Below, piece after piece: positions 61,681 through 64,000 of a stretch of 64,000 nucleotides of DNA. This DNA is from Lama glama. Lineage: Eukaryota. A program made the position numbers and the translations under genes. The stretch lies in NCBI GenBank assembly GCA_028534125.1, contig CM052817.1, forward strand, positions 25,174,001 through 25,238,000, read 5' to 3'. The notes below the pieces were generated by a model. It was not told the origin of the DNA. It searched no databases and saw nothing but the letters and a program-made list of their open reading frames with translations. Numbering within the stretch: position 1 is the first letter of the stretch; the number at the start of each line of letters is the position of its first letter.

Positions 61681-62273
61681 CAGAGACCCTACAGCCAGCT
61701 CAGATGCCATTATATGGCAATATTAGCTACAAAGGGAGAGAAGTACTTAGTATATATCAAGACAAACGTTTGGGCCACCATTTGGAGTTGTGCTGCCCCT
61801 GCCTTACCTCTACACCCCTCCTCAAAGCTTAGCCTTCATGCTGTACTCTTTGGGCACCTGGAACATGAACATTCCAACAGCTTCACTGGAGACGTCCATG
61901 TCCAGTGGCAGAGCACCTCCCTGGCTAAACTCAGCATGTCATGACGGTGCTGTGGCACTCATCCCACTCAGGCTAGCCTGTGAGGAGCCCCTGGTGAGGC
62001 TTCTTGTGGCAGAAGCCCACCTGCAGAAAGATCCCAGCTGGCTGTCAGAGGCTAAAAGGATTGGTACCTCCCAGCACAGGATGCCACACCAGCTCCGTGC
62101 TTCTCTACACCATCCTGACTTTCAGGTATGAACATTCTGAAGATCCTATCCTCGCTGGAAAGAAGGAATTCCAATATAGCAGATGCTTCTGGTCCCTATG
62201 TCCTCTTACCTTGGCCCCCCTCTGACTGAAGCACAGCTGTAGTAGACACTTGCATGTGATTTAAGTCTTACCA

Positions 62274-62652
62274 TGTGATGCCAGCCCTTCATCATAAGTG
62301 CATTCTACCCCAACATCGTCTCCCAGGCAGGTACTGATCAGAAGTGTGAAGGATGCCCCAGAGGCGTACCTCATTCGATAATGAGAAGGAGATAGGAAAT
62401 GCTCCAACCTAGGTCTTCTGAGAGGATAATTTTGGGGGGGGGTTCTTTACAATCCTCTAAAGTACGGGGGAACCAAGCTTCCATTGCACACAGCAGTGAC
62501 CTTGACCACGAACTTCATTTTGGCTTTCCTTCTGCCTGCCTCTCACTCTCCTTGTTCCCTCCCTCCCATTTCTGGGGACACCTTCCCAAATTAACCACCT
62601 GGACCCCAGATCTTGTCCCAGGTTCTGATATTTGAAAAACCCGTACTAAGAA
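62274..62652 (+). mobile_element. ERVL-type LTR (LTR16-like)
   Basis: 3' end ctggggacaccttcccaaattaaccacctggaccccagatcttgtcccaggttctg...aacccgtactaaga resembles LTR16/LTR33 ends. Confidence 0.55.
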
Positions 62653-63224
62653 ATCTAATACTGAAATTCTTTGTATGTAAGTTAGAATCTTGTCAAATAA
62701 ATAGACTGGTTTTTATAGGAGCCTATCCAAAATAAAAATTTTATTTTTGATAACAATACTCATTTCTTAAAAATCAAAGACAGCATTATCTGGAGGGATT
62801 ACACTGAAGCTGGATTCCCGCTGTGGCTCTGATGACAGTCCAAAACACTGTGTGATATCTCATTAACAATGCAGACATCCCCCAATGTGGAGCTGACAGC
62901 ATTTCTAAATATAGTTTCTAAACTGACTGTTTGCAACTTGAAATGTATTTCTAAGAGAAAATATTGCCTTTTCCAAAAGGAAGTATTCCAAATGGCAAAG
63001 CACAGTTCCAAGGCAAAGATTTATTCACTCCTGTTTTTCTTTGCCAAAGAAGAGGTAAAACAATGGAGGTGTGGGCTTCTCAAGTTTTCCCTTGCAGAAG
63101 CAGCTCTCCCTCAAGGTGCAGTTAAGAGCAAGAGGGACAGAGAGGGTGCCCATGTCAGAGGACTAGTAAATAAAAGAGAGTGATGACCTGATGCTGCAGT
63201 TGGGAAAATGTGACTATCAATAAC

Positions 63225-63707
63225 TGTACTGGGTTAGATAATGTCTCCCCAAATTCATGTCCACAGAATTGGAGGTGAACCTTAGAGCATGAGCTTATCT
63301 GGAAGCAAGGTCTTTGCATCTGCAATTCATTAAGTTAAGATGAGGTCATATTGGATTAAGATGGGCCCTAAATCTAGGGACTTGTATTCTTATAAGAAGG
63401 CCATGTGGAGACCCAGACTCACACACAGAGGGAGGAAGGTCATGTGACAGCAGAGGCAGAGACAGAAGTGAGGTGGCTACAAGCCAAGGAACGCCAAGGA
63501 AGGATTGCTGGGAGCCACCAGAAACTGGAGGAAGGTAAGGGAGGACTCCCCCCAGAGCCTTTTCCCCTAGAGGGTCTAGAACTCAACCAAAACCTTGGAT
63601 TCAGACTTCTCGCCTCCTGAACTGCAAGATATTGAAAATATATATCTTTATTGTTTTAAGCCACCCAGTTTTTGGTAATTTTTATGGCATCCCTAAGAAA
63701 CTAATGT
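63225..63707 (+). mobile_element. MaLR LTR, MLT1C-like
   Basis: ccccaaattcatgtccac...gttaagatgaggtcatattggattaagatgggccctaaatc...caagccaaggaacgccaagga...ttgttttaagccacccagt. Confidence 0.92.
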
Positions 63708-64000
63708 AATAACTACCAAATACTTGGAGCTGGGTCTTGGATCAAAACATATTAATCGTTTATTTTCAAATATCAGTTTTCTGCCCCATTCTCAAGGGAG
63801 GAGGGGGAAGGTTACAGCCACCTCTTTGTTTCTAAAGTTGCCAAGTAGCTGGAACAGAAGAGGATCTCTCATATGTGAGGTAGGATACGATGTGGAGTAA
63901 TGTAACAGTGTAATGTCATGTCCAGGGTCAGGATTAAAGCCCGTCTCAATGGGTCTAGTAATGGTAATGAGGAACACTGACTGAGTGCTTACTGAGTGAC

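Noticed and set aside
1..64000. CRISPR array, operon or other prokaryotic/viral system
   Set aside because: No regularly spaced repeats and no gene-dense region; the repeat content is entirely eutherian.

Overview
Mammalian (eutherian) non-coding genomic DNA, most likely camelid. The basis for that is two tRNA-derived SINEs resembling the camelid Vic-1 family and young L1 3' ends of an artiodactyl/camelid type, both recognised from memory and not from a database search. I see no credible intact protein-coding gene, rRNA, genuine tRNA or CRISPR array. The ORF track is explained by chance ORFs, simple repeats, N-gaps and decayed L1 ORF2 fragments. A large part of the window is transposable-element fossils: L1, L2, MIR, MaLR (MLT1) LTRs (two with attached internal sequence), a MER21-type LTR, other ERVL-type LTRs, hAT-Charlie elements (MER5, MER58) and a Tigger element (MER2B). 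Several insertions are nested and retain readable target-site duplications (TSDs). There are two 500-N assembly gaps. The unique sequence holds a small CpG island at ~39.3-39.5 kb (GC boxes, YY1-like and NF-kB-like motifs, ETS cluster nearby), a CpG-containing element at ~14.6-15.0 kb with a CTCF-like motif and strong splice sites downstream, and several AP-1/E-box/C/EBP motif clusters. This fits an enhancer-rich intergenic, intronic or lncRNA region; I could not identify the host locus. I found no convincing novel biological system. The best leads are the orphan CpG-island promoter, the splice-signal cluster at 15.0-15.6 kb (possible 5-nt microexon) and an unexplained exact 24-nt direct repeat 1.4 kb apart. 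Repeat subfamily names and most repeat boundaries are approximate unless a TSD fixes them.
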